From assembly GCA_951406725.2 (NCBI GenBank), contig OX597814.1, forward strand, positions 78,926,001 through 78,990,000: a DNA stretch of 64,000 nucleotides, given 5' to 3'. Of this stretch, positions 52,222-64,000 are shown piece after piece. This DNA is from Octopus vulgaris. Taxonomy: Eukaryota. The notes beneath the pieces were generated by a model, which worked only from the letters and a program-made list of their open reading frames with translations, made no database searches and was not told where the DNA came from. Made by a program: the position numbers and the translations under genes. The stretch's first letter is position 1, and every line of letters starts with the position of its first letter.

Positions 52222-53552
52222 ATGTATAGTTCATAGATGAGATCCAGATATTCTCCATAGAGAAAGCACTTAGTAGTGCGCAAAAGATAGTATGTATTTA
52301 TTATATTTAATATATTTGATGTGTCTAATTTATTTATCTCCATAATTGCTTCTATATACACACACATATATACACAATATATACACACGTGTGTGTGTGT
52401 GTGGGTTGGTGCGCACATGTTTCTTTGTATCTCTGATTGTCTCCCACCACTACTTGACAACCAGTGTTGGTGTGTTTACCTCCCTGTAACTTAGGTCAGC
52501 AAAAGAGACTGATAGAGTAAGTACCAATCTTAAAAAATTAGCCCTGGGGTACTGGTATCAGATATAAGTTTGTCCAGATGTTCTGTGAAGACTTCCGTGA
52601 GTAAATTTAAAAACATTCCTGGCCGAATCCTATGTTTTCATTACTGCAATTATTTTCAGTGATTTTTTTAACATGATTTTTTGACGAATATGATTATCAT
52701 TGGGATAATCTGGAGGAAGCAATTGCAACAAATTCTCCAAAACAAGTCAGAGATCTGTTTGCAGATCTTCCCCTTCAGGGTCGGTAGCTTAAAAGCTATA
52801 TACTAGCTTAAAAGCCACTTGTTAGGGCGGCTTTTAAGCTAGTATGCATACATGTGTGTATGTATATATGTATGTGTGTGTGTGTGTGTGTATATGTGTG
52901 CATTTATATATATATATATGCACACATATAATCATGATACAAATTATTAGGGTGTACTCATTTAGTTACTTGTTGAGAACTGTTGAACATTAAGAGCCAC
53001 AAGTGGTTGATAGTGTTAACGACAATTAACTCTCAATCTTCCACAGATTTGGCAGTGTGACAAAGTACAGTTTACAGAAAGTTTTTATATTGTCAAATGT
53101 GTGGAATTATTGGTGTATGATTGATGAGGATTTTGTGGGGTTGTGGTAAAGAGTATAGCAAAGTAAATGCTTACTCAGCCAATGAAAACTAACACTTAGC
53201 TCTGGTTTCATGGCATGAAATAGATGTGAAATAGGTCCCTTCAAATTTTTCAGGTAGCACTCCCAGATGTTCTACTTCCTATTCTTGGTAACTAGGTGAA
53301 GTGAATATTGCCACATTAAAGTGGCAATATGAAATACCAGCAGTATATTTGAATACACAAATGAAGAGCTGACAGCCCAATACTTCATTCACTCGTTGGC
53401 TTAAATCCATCTTTGGACAAGTGAGCTTCTACATGGTCTGCTGAAATACTAGAAATAGCAACTTAATATCTTTTTTTAATATATTATCCCTGCAGGATAA
53501 TGAAATGCTTGAAAACAAAAAAAAAATTGCAGAAGTCCTATCCATTACTAAG

Positions 53553-53850
53553 TCCAACTGTTGTGGTACAGTGGCTTGTGTAAGCGCCTCCACTGCCAGT
53601 GGAGTGTAAGCTCCTCCTAGGAACTCCTATTCCCATACTGGTCAGATCAAAGGAAAAAGGCCAGGTTAACATGGATCACTATTCCCCAGAGGTAAAAATG
53701 GTTTTGTTGAGGGGCAACATCCCTACTTAGAAAAAAGCGTCAACGACAGCTAGAAACCAATATGATCTGGGAGGAAAAGATAACCCTGATTTAAGGACAG
53801 CGAAAAAAAGTCATCAATAGCCTGTGCTCTATAGGGAAAGAAAGGATCAA
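53553..53850 (+). mobile_element. Old bipartite non-autonomous RTE derivative (5' UTR joined to 3' end)
   Basis: 5' part (ttgtggt..gtggcttgtgt..ggagtgtaagctcct..tcccatactggtcagatcaaagg) resembles RTE 5' UTRs; 3' part gcctgtgctctataggg..aagga resembles RTE 3' termini. Recognised from memory. Confidence 0.5.
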
Positions 53851-54637
53851 CAAAGAGCAAAGACATATTATATACTTTTAATCACATGTCAGCTTGATTG
53901 GGGCTGGCCCGACACTAATAACAACCAGAAATAAAATAATTTATAAGTGTTGCTATTCAGTGAATTTACTAACATTGTTCCTGTGAAAGTAAGAATACAA
54001 ATGGCTTCAGTTATCATACAGGGGATCCACAGAAATAGCTATTGCACAAAGATTCTGTGGCAGTTAAACATCTATTTGTTACTAGTCTTCTCTATATCTA
54101 AGAAAAATTTTGAAATCTACTTTGAATTAACTTCAGCATTAATGATCATTTCCCTCCTTGGTGATCAAATTAAAACTGTTTGGTTAGTTGTAGTTTGTTG
54201 TTAAGCCTAAATGAGCAGATGTATGAGTCAACTCTGACTAACCACATCTTTTTCCCTAAATGCAAGGAAATTGGGACCACATTATTCAAAATGTTCTTTC
54301 CTCAGCTATTAGTGAGTGATGTTGGCAGCTGTTCCTAACAGGCTGAGCAACCTAATTCCAACCCATTCTATCAAGTGTCTCTACTTGTCAATACATTATC
54401 CAATACATCATTCTTTGATAGGAAAGGTGTCATTTAAAGGAAATTTGGCAGCTATTTCTAACCAACCAAATGACAGCATAGAATCTCTCTCATTGGCTCA
54501 TTTTACATCTTTTTATGTAAGCATATTTCGATTAAAAGTTTATGGAGTCAATATGGTGTCAATTTAATTTATGGTCACAACATGTGCATATATGTGAGCA
54601 CACATACACACAGCTCTCTCATTCATATATGTATGTA

Positions 54638-54679
<42 letters not shown>

Positions 54680-54987
54680 CATAAACACAGAGCTATTTGG
54701 ATCACTAACTTTATATACACTATGAGCTAAAATGTAATTTTATTAGCTTGGTTGACTAATTTTACATATTAGCATGACTAACTCACTTTACATCTGTTTC
54801 TACTAGTCTCAGTTATTAACTTTACATAACATGTACCAAAGAATAGTCCTACCAGCATAGGTCAGAAGTTGTGACAGATATTATGCACACATACACAGAT
54901 CTATCTGCCTGCATGCCTGCCTACCTACCTATCCATCTACTTACCCACCCAAAATCCATCCATCCATCTATCCACTTATCTTGCTAC

Positions 54988-55037
<50 letters not shown>

Positions 55038-55195
55038 CTATCTCCTTATCTCTCTCTCTCTCTCTTTCTCCTTATCTATCTATCTATCTATCTATTTATC
55101 TATCTATCTATCTACTTATCTATCTATCCATCCATCCACCCACTCACCCAAACACCCACCCACCCACCTACCTACCTACCTACCTATCTATCCAT

Positions 55196-56102
55196 TTGCT
55201 GTCAACACCCACTAAATGGTGAGCTAGGCATGCTGTGATTGATGATGCACAGACATGCATGAGACTGCAACATCTCTGGTGCTTCATAGACGATGGTAAA
55301 CAGGTATGGTCGTCGATTGTGCAGTGTACTTTCCTGCAGCTTGTCTCCTTGGCCAAACTACAGTTGTGGATCAAACAGAGACCGAGGCTAGGCGAATGGC
55401 ACCACAAGTGTCGCGTTGCTCTCAAGTGACTCTGCTGTCTGTTGTGCAACTTCATTACAATAAAGGCGTTCTATAGAGGATTAGTGAAGGAGAGGTGTGA
55501 CAACATTCTCAGGCAGAATCTGGGCGGCAATGAGGAACACCTGACCTGCCTGTTCAGGACAACTTTCAGGTTGGGACCTATGGACAATCACCAAAGATCC
55601 CTGGCCCGGCAGTGCTATCAAGAAGCATTACCCATTCGGGATAAGCTCTACAGGCATGGTTCAAGACACACCAGACCGAATTGCCTGAGATGTGGTCAGA
55701 GCAACGAAACTGTTCTGCACGCACTCGTGCAGTGTCCAACCATATCAGACCTGTGGGCTTATGCTGAACGGCTGCTGTCACGTGTGGGATGTGTCTGCCT
55801 ATCGGCCGAGTCTATTGTGAAAATTGCTCTGCAACCTTCCCTTAACTGGGAAGGCAAGGTGGCCATGGTGAAAGAATGTGTGTGGTGGACTTGAGCAAAA
55901 GGATTAGAGACAAACACTTACTTCTCTGGCCAATTACTTGTCAACTTTTTCAAGTACCACTTGAAAAGGAAGGTGAGAATAGAGAGACAGGTTTTGTCTC
56001 ATGAAAGTTTAAAAAAAAGTGAGTCAATATAGCAACGATGGTGTGTGCGAGTGTCAAAACCACTTTGAGCATGATCCTGTAAATTGAAAGCAGAGAGAGA
56101 GA

Positions 56103-56163
<61 letters not shown>

Positions 56164-56305
56164 AACACTTTGCTCTCATGTGCTTATTCTCTCCTTGCCT
56201 GAGGTTACTGTGGTCTTTTCCGTAGGCTTTTCTTTCCATGGATAAACCTAATCTTACTTTTTACATTTTAAAAATTCTTCTGTGATACATGCCAATAAAG
56301 AAAGT
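55196..56305 (+). mobile_element. L1/Tx1-clade LINE 3' fragment
   Basis: HPLNGELGM, then LPIRDKL...CLRCGQSNETVLHALVQC (CCHC finger), with stops; 3' UTR ends aataaagaaa. Confidence 0.8.
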
Positions 56306-56599
56306 TATCTATCTATATAAACACCATTGCTAAAAAACACTCACACACATGATCAACATACATTTATGCTTTGCAAATGTGAAAAATAGTACTCAGTACA
56401 TGCAGGGGAGTATATTCGTTTGAATTAAGTCGATGATTCATTCTATAGCAACTTGAAGTTTTGAATGATGCACTCATTCAGTCTTTACTGTCTCCACTGT
56501 TTCATTGATAGGAATGTGTGGGTGTGAGGGGGGCATGCGTGTGAGAGAGAGAGTGTGTGTGTGTGTGTGTGTGTGCCTACTTATAAATCTGTGTAGTAA

Positions 56600-57110
56600 C
56601 TATTATATGCTGATAGATGACCTAGTTCTTCTAGTTCAATCTATAGAAGAACTGGTAAAGAAATTCCAGGCATAGAAGCAAAACCTTAAACTGAGAGATC
56701 TTTAAGATTTATAGAAAAAGTAGCATTTTGGCAAATTGGGTAACAGACAGGCATCTCAAATATGGTACATATGGAAGGAGCGTAGAGGCAATAAGCACTA
56801 AGAGTACATAAAACAGACTCTCTGAGATGTCAGAGTGGCTCTCAAAGAGTATTTGATAGTTCCTGTTACCCAGATGACCTTATTAGCAGTGGGGATAGAG
56901 GTTTTGAAAGCATAGTAGTAATTTGTTAATCACAAGGACATCCATTCATCACCCACAAGCACATATTGTGTAGTAACATTTAACAAGTTTTTTCACTGAT
57001 TGTTTTAGGTGACTAAGTAAGTTGCAAGCAGATTTAGATGTCCTCTAGGGCTTCAGTAGTCTTGATCCTAAAGAATATCTAGGATGTGGATGATGGAGTG
57101 AATGAGGACT
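56600..57110 (+). pseudogene. Ancient, heavily deleted RTE RT remnant
   Basis: LLYAD.DLVLLVQSIEELVKKFQA*KQNL and VFDSSCYPDDLISSG align with LLYADDLALIAESLSELEEKFQVWKQGL and VVDSFCYLGDQVSSG. Confidence 0.7.
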
Positions 57111-57265
57111 GCAGCAGTTTGCTGATTAGTAGTTATTACAACTGAGCAGATAGAAACAATGTCAAATGAAGTGCCTTGCGCAAGAACAAAATGTACCACC
57201 CAGTCCATTTATAGAAATATGTATATATATATATGCATATATAAATATATATATACATACACATA

Positions 57266-57307
<42 letters not shown>

Positions 57308-57510
57308 TACATATACATATACATATATACATATACATATATACATATACATATATATATATACATATATATACATATATATACATATATATATACATAT
57401 ATATATATATATACATATATATACATATATATATATACATGTATATATATACATGTATATATATACATGTATATATATACATGTATATATATACATGTAT
57501 ATATATATAC

Positions 57511-57547
<37 letters not shown>

Positions 57548-57554
57548 CATACAC

Positions 57555-57822
57555 GGAGGCGCAATAGCCTAGTGGTTAGGGCAGCGGACTCGCGGTCGCA
57601 GGATTGCGGTTTCGATTCCCAGACCGGGCGTTGTGAGTGTTTATTGAGCAAAAACACCTAAAGAGCTCCATGAGGCTCCGGCAGGGGGTGGTGATCCCTG
57701 CTGTACTCTTTCACTACTCTTTCTCCCACTCTTTCTTCTGTTGGCCAGCTCGCTTAGCCAGCGGGGTGGCGTCATTCGATGTGTAACATCTGATGGTCTG
57801 GTCAGTCATGTGATCACGTGAT
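57555..57822 (+). mobile_element. tRNA-Arg-like SINE, family D, young (CpG-rich)
   Basis: tagcctagtggtta A box, gactcgc (TCG at the anticodon position), ggtttcgattccc B box, non-tRNA body. Confidence 0.75.
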
Positions 57823-57947
57823 ATACATACACATATGCATATATATATAGTTAATCCAAACATGAAAACACAAAGAGAAAACACAACGCGAGGACGTGGA
57901 ACAAATATAGTATTATTGGACGCACAGGAAGGAAGGGAAGGAGGAGG

Positions 57948-57982
57948 GTTTTACGTTTCGAGTGGAGCTCTTCATCAGAAAC
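57948..57982 (-). ncRNA. Minimal type I hammerhead ribozyme motif
   Basis: GUUU-CUGAUGA-A-GAG(CUCCA)CUC-GAAAC-GUA-AAAC. Confidence 0.7.
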
Positions 57983-58082
57983 ATAGGAAAAGGAAAGATC
58001 CACAGAAGGGAAGACGGAGGAAAAAACAATCGGCAACGGTACACACGTGGTCACATTATATACATATATATATATACATATG

Positions 58083-58125
<43 letters not shown>

Positions 58126-58129
58126 GTAT

Positions 58130-58557
58130 CATCATCATCATCATCATCATTTAGCGTCCGTTTTCCATGCTAGCATGGGTTGGACGGTTTAACTGGGGTC
58201 TGTGAAGCCGGGAGGCTTCATCAGGCCCAGTCAGATTTGGCAGTGTTTCTACGGCTGGATGCCCTTCCTAACGCCAACCACTCCATGAGTGTAGTGGGTG
58301 CTTTTTACGTGCCACCTGCACAGGTGCCAGACAAGCTGGCAAACGGCCACGAACGGATGCTGCTTTTACGTGCTACCGGCACAGGGGCCAGGCGAGGCTG
58401 GTAACGGACACGAACGGATGGTGCTTTTACATGCTACCGGCACGGGGGCCAGGCGAGGCTGGCAACGGACATGAACAGATGGTGCTTTTACGTGCTACCG
58501 GCACGGGGGCCAGGCGAGGCTGGCAACGGACACGAACGGATGCTGCTTTTACGTGCT
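58130..58557 (-). mobile_element. RTE 3' fragment, third subfamily, 61-bp array
   Basis: Shared 3' terminus; monomers at 58369/58430/58491/58552; TA flanks. Confidence 0.9.
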
Positions 58558-58631
58558 ATATATATACATATATATATATATATATACATACATACATATA
58601 TATATATGCATATATATATATATACATATAC

Positions 58632-58677
<46 letters not shown>

Positions 58678-58987
58678 TACATATATATATACATACATAT
58701 ATATATATACATACACATATACATATATATTTATATATATATATGTATATACGTATGCATATATATATATATGTAGAATAATGAAGAAATAAATGGTACA
58801 GTTATCTCTTTTATACAGTTCAACTAATTAGCAATCTAATTATCTCTCTCTCGCTAACATATATGTATATATATATATATATATATATAACGGGAAGCTT
58901 TATGAAAATAAACAAAAGACGAAGGCAGGTGGAAAACAAAAGAACAATTGTATTAGTATGGCGCTCAGGAAATATAAATAAAACAAG

Positions 58988-59025
58988 TCTTTAACGTTTC
59001 GAGCCTACGCTCTTCAACAGAAAGA
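58988..59025 (-). ncRNA. Minimal hammerhead motif with variant core
   Basis: UCUUU-CUGUUGA-A-GAGC(GUAG)GCUC-GAAAC-GUU-AAAGA. Confidence 0.6.
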
Positions 59026-59240
59026 TACACAGAGAGAGAAAAACACAGAAAGAAGGAGAGAAAAAAATGCGTGCAGTAGCTAACGAATCAACATGGCGAT
59101 CTGATTTCGGCCAGAGGTCAAAGATCAAACATGAGACGCGAGAGCGAAATAAGGGGAGATAATAGGGTTGATAAAAGGGTTGAGGGACCAGCTAAAAGTG
59201 CGTGGGAGGGGTCTGGATGTGTGTATGTATTAGTATGTAT

Positions 59241-59283
<43 letters not shown>

Positions 59284-59407
59284 AGAGAGTATTAGTGCGT
59301 AAGATTGGTCTGGACGTGCGTATATATATATATATATATACATATATGTATATACGTATATGTATATACATATGCATATAATATATATATATATATATGT
59401 ACATAAG

Positions 59408-59454
<47 letters not shown>

Positions 59455-59588
59455 AAACAAGCATATATATGTGTATACATAAGCATATATATATGTATAC
59501 ATAAGCATATATATATATGTGTGTGTGTATATACATATGCATATATATACATATATGTATATATATATACATATCCATATATATATAG

Positions 59589-59638
<50 letters not shown>

Positions 59639-59839
59639 GACAAAAAAGAGTGAAAAAACTACAGAAGGATGGTGTTATATGGTTAAAGAATATATTTAAA
59701 TTGTTATGTTAGAAGAATGTTATAAAATTTTGCGTATAGTAACATTGTTTTTGGATAAATAACCGGTTTAATATTTTCTTTCCAAATTTCTCAGATTTCT
59801 TTACCTATATTGTGTCATGTCCTTGCTATGTTGTGAAAT

Positions 59840-60400
59840 ATGGAATAATAATAATCAAGGGGGTTGCAGTCGGAGAATTAGGTGACCAGATGCAAGGGGT
59901 GATGTGGTTGCAGAAATTGTCTGACAGCCATGACTAGGTTCTCCTGCTTGTGTGGCATGGTGCAGACTCCTGTTGCCAGACATAGGGTCTTCCAGCAGCC
60001 ACCCTCTTAAACAGGGCAGCACTAGATGCAGGCCTCCCTGTCGAGCCTAAGGCCATGTGGGAAGATGAATGGAGGCATAACATTGCCATCACTAGTGATT
60101 ACTCCAAACACCATGATGTTGACTGGATGTTTGATTTTTATCACTCTTGGTACATGTCCTCAGATTGACACCCAAACACTCTGAAATGTTTGTATTGGAG
60201 CTCCTGGCATGAATGCCAAGCAGCACACCATGTTACTTCCAAATTTCTGGCAGAGTGAATTGCGTCATGGTGCTGTTTTTCTCACAGATGGTGCCCAATT
60301 GACCCTACTATTCTGTGTAATTGACAAAATCAAAAATAAACAATGAACATGCATGAAATGAAAACTATAAAATGGCGACAATTTACCCATCACACCCTCT
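59840..60400 (-). mobile_element. Second DD37D (maT-type) remnant
   Basis: Homologous to 32016-32803; retains ...DCNP.LDYY and the TIR gagggtgtgatgggtaaattgtcgc. Confidence 0.85.
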
Positions 60401-60525
60401 GTGTGTGTGTGTGTGTATGTGTGTGTATTGTCTTTCCCTCGTTTGTTAATGTGTTTCATGTTATTTGCACTGTTGGTGATGTCCTATAACCATATATGCA
60501 TGTATACATATATTTATACCTATAT

Positions 60526-60978
60526 AGACCTGTTGAAGGAAGTGAAATTGCTGTTGTGGCCGATGACAGTACCGCCTGATTGGCACCTGTGCCAGTAGAA
60601 CATTAAAAGCACCATTCAAGCGTGATCATTGCCAGGGTCGTTGATTGGCTCCCGTGCTTGTGGTGCCACATAAAAATAGCACCATTTGAGCATGGTCATT
60701 GCTAGTGCCGCTGGATTGGCTCCTGTGCATGTGGCACATAAAAAGCATCATTTGAGCATGGCCAATGCAAGTACCGCCTGACTAGCCCACGTGCTGGTGA
60801 CACATAAAAGCACCCACTACACTCTTGGAGTGGTTGGTGTTAGGAAGGACATCCAGCTGTAGAAACTTTGCCAGATCAGATTGGAGACTCGTGCAGCCTT
60901 CTGGCTTGCCAGCCCTCAGTCAAGCCATCCAACCCATGCCAGCATGGGAAGCAGACGTTAAACGATGATGATGATGAT
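60526..60978 (+). mobile_element. Older RTE 3' fragment with degenerate array
   Basis: Diverged ...gtggcacataaaaagcaccat... monomers, shared terminus, (GAT)n then (TA)n. Confidence 0.8.
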
Positions 60979-61858
60979 ATATATATATATATATATATCT
61001 CAAAATATGCAATGGAAGCTTTCATTTTATTTTGCTCTCACCACACAAAGTCAGCTTTCCAACATATGAGTATGATATTAAAATCTCACTCTTTGAAACT
61101 CTTTCCACATAAAATTGGAGGTTTGTCCTCTATTCTAATAATTATTGTCTGGTCCAAAATAGAACCAACCTAACCTAGGTGTTGGTGCTGGTGCTCTGAA
61201 TTACATACATACATCAATGTAAAACAATACAAAAGGAATCTCAACTTAAATCAATAATGAACAACACTTGTTTTATGAGGTTATCAGGGAACCTGGCTGT
61301 CACTTCTTGTGTTACAGAAGAGGGAAAGATAGAAGGAAGGGGGTAAAGAAGAGGAAAAAGAAGACAAAGAGAGGATGGGGAGGGCTGCTACTGCAGGAAA
61401 TTGGACGCTCACTGGTCAACCATCCATTCTATGCCAGTTAAGTACTTTTCACATAGATGGCTGTTTTTCTCTTTCTCTTACATCATCACTGCTACATTCA
61501 TGGATGTTAGAAATTGTTCTTGTTCACTGACTTGTACTAAAGCTTATAATACTGTAATGGTTATCACCATGCTAAGTAGATTCGTCCATACCATTCTGCC
61601 TGCCTGCAGTTTCTCAGTTTCTCATAGGCACCACCCAGAGGGTAGCTATAGTGTTTATCTTCAATGACAAACAGTTCGCCACTCTCTCCACTGGTGGTGC
61701 AAGGAACAATGACAGGTTTTTTTTTTCTTTTTCCATTATTTTATTGTTGTGAATGTGTGTATATTATAAAAGTGAGTGCACACATACATTTCATATATGC
61801 GTGTGTGTGAGCGTGTATACATGTATGTACATATATTGTCAACAATGTCCATTTTCCA

Positions 61859-61896
<38 letters not shown>

Positions 61897-62509
61897 CATT
61901 TATATATATATATGTATATGTATTTGTATGTGTTTGTGTGTGTGTATATATATATGCATGTGTGTGTGTATATATATATGCATATATGTGTGTGCATGTA
62001 TTTATATAATATATATATATATATACACACATACACACATACACATACACACATATACATATACCTGAGTGTATATATATATATATATATATATATAGAT
62101 ATATATATATATATATATATGAAGTGTATATAAATGTAAGAGCAATGTTTGTATGCATATATGTTTTTTATGTACATTTATGTAAGTACATATAATTTTG
62201 TATGTATGAGTGAATGTGTATATATATTTGTGACCAAATGTGTGTGTGTGTGATTACAATAACTAAATTGCAATGCCATTAATCACAGAAGTATTCTGTG
62301 TCAGGCATTGCTATCAGTGGCCTGGAACACAATAAGAAAATAAGAATAACAACCATGATTAAATTATTGAAAAGTTTCTATATAAAACTCAATACTAATT
62401 TACAAATGCCACTACCACAACCACCAACACTACTACTACTTCTACTCCAACCACCTTCACCATAATCACCACTACAACCACCACCAACATGAACAACCAA
62501 TGAAAGAGC

Positions 62510-63110
62510 CACTATGTGGTTACTTGTTTAACAAGAAATAGCAGCTACAGCCATCTCAAAATTATATCCTAGTATCGAAATACTGGGAAGAAACACTGGA
62601 TAGTGTAATTGTTAGACACACTATATCTGAAAACAAGAAGGGATGGCCATGGTTTGACTGTCTTTGATTGTAACTCTACTCAATCATGATTGACCAACAA
62701 CGACAACACTATTATCTAGCCATCAATGGAGTCTCACTCAACTGACCTTCGAGAAATAGCAGCTAAATCTTCTTCAGATCATACTCTGCTGTACTGCATA
62801 ACGTAGTTATAGATATACTGTCTTTAAAAAAAGATGAGATGGTCACAGTTGGAACTTTTAGACTAGTGCTAATCTGGAGCTAAAGAAGCACAACTACAGA
62901 ATGAGGGCATCTCTACATGGATGCACAACTTGCTAGAAACAGAAGTTAAATACTGACAAAACCAAGGCCTGTTGTCTTAAAAGAAGAAAGAACTCACACC
63001 ACCCTATATATGATAGAAGACGTGATTGAATAGTCATGGATGGAACACGCATGAAAACAGGTTTGCTCAGTCAATATTGATCTGCAGTAAGAAAACAGCA
63101 ACAACAGCAA
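62510..63110 (+). repeat. Three tandem diverged copies of an old ~200-bp interspersed repeat
   Basis: Each has (ct)agaaatagcagc..aaat, a gatggtcatgg.tggaa-like motif and a (caa)n tail; dispersed copies at ~24520-24710(-) and ~44465-44690(-). Confidence 0.6.
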
Positions 63111-63258
63111 CGATACTCTATTATGTTCAACAAACTTATGCATGCATTTGTATAAGACTGAAAGTATGGAGCTGTAGTGAAATGGTCAAAGAAGTGTGGC
63201 ATTCGAGTAGCAGCAGCTGATGGGCCCTGTGTTAAAATTTACTGCAAATTGCCACAGA

Positions 63259-63673
63259 TTAAGAAGTTTACTTCCCAACCACATAGATCTGGGTTCAGTC
63301 CCACTGTGTGGAACCATGGGCAAGTATCTTCTACTATTGACCAAACCCATATGAGTGGATTAGTTAAATGAAAGCTTGTGTGGAAACCCATCATACACAG
63401 GAATGCATGTTTGTGTATTTGTATATATGTAAATACGTGTATGAGTTCGCAGCTCCTCATCTTGACATTGTATGATGGTCGTAAATGAGTGCCAGTCATA
63501 CAAGCAGTGTCATTCATTTCCAATATTCTGTGAGAACATGTCTGGCCATGGGGAAACATTAACCTTGCTTGAAAACAGGTCAGGGTTGGCAACAGGAAGG
63601 GTATTCAGCCATAGACAGCCTTCCTCAATAAACTCTGTCTGACCTATGCAAACATGGAAAAGTCGATGTTAAC
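63259..63673 (+). mobile_element. SINE with family A head and RTE-type tail
   Basis: gggttcagtcccactg...gggcaagt head, short microsatellite, tail ...ggttggcaacaggaagggtattcagcc...catggaaaagtcgatgttaa. Confidence 0.7.
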
Positions 63674-64000
63674 ATTTTGCCTGACCAATGCATTTTCAAA
63701 AGGTTGTCCTAAACATCCATTTTTTAAAGCATTTAGCTCAGTTTTGTTTCACAGATTGACCTTGAACTCTGTCATGCACACACACTATGTTATAACATTC
63801 TTGTTTACTTCCAGTGTTTTTTGCAGTGTTTGGAAGTAAAGTGTATAAAGTGTGGTCATCTCAGAAAAGTGTGTAGAGTGTGGTCGTCTCAGGTTTTAGC
63901 TACACAGGTTCTCCTCGACTGTTTTGAGGAAGACAAAAACTTTTTGAAAATTGTCATAACAGGTGCCAAATCATAGGTAATGACTTTGAAACCAAGGTAA

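Noticed and set aside
57555-57630. tRNA-Arg gene
   Set aside because: Acceptor stem does not pair and the sequence continues into a SINE body.

Overview
Eukaryotic, AT-rich, repeat-dominated DNA with no convincing host protein-coding exon. The repeat content (tRNA-headed SINEs, RTE LINEs with (GAT)n tails, very long (TA)n/(CA)n tracts) most resembles an octopus/cephalopod genome; this is an inference from memory, not a database result. Almost all listed ORFs are microsatellite or tandem-repeat artefacts. Recognisable coding remnants are all from transposons: a young RTE LINE RT, a Chapaev/Transib-like (RAG1-core-related) transposase, DD41D and DD37D Tc1/mariner transposases, a MULE C-terminus, a Helitron HUH-Rep and an L1/Tx1 C-terminus. 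The most interesting system is the RTE family (at least 6 copies). Its RT has a C4HC3 PHD-type finger inserted between YADD/KTK and FCYLG. Its 3' UTR carries arrays of 61-67 bp twin-hairpin units with conserved stems and variable loops, plus higher-order repeats that re-use the stop-codon region. Its copies mostly sit inside (TA)n tracts. Second is a set of minimal hammerhead-ribozyme motifs in Penelope-like remnants. All coordinates were read by eye and element ends may be off by several bases.
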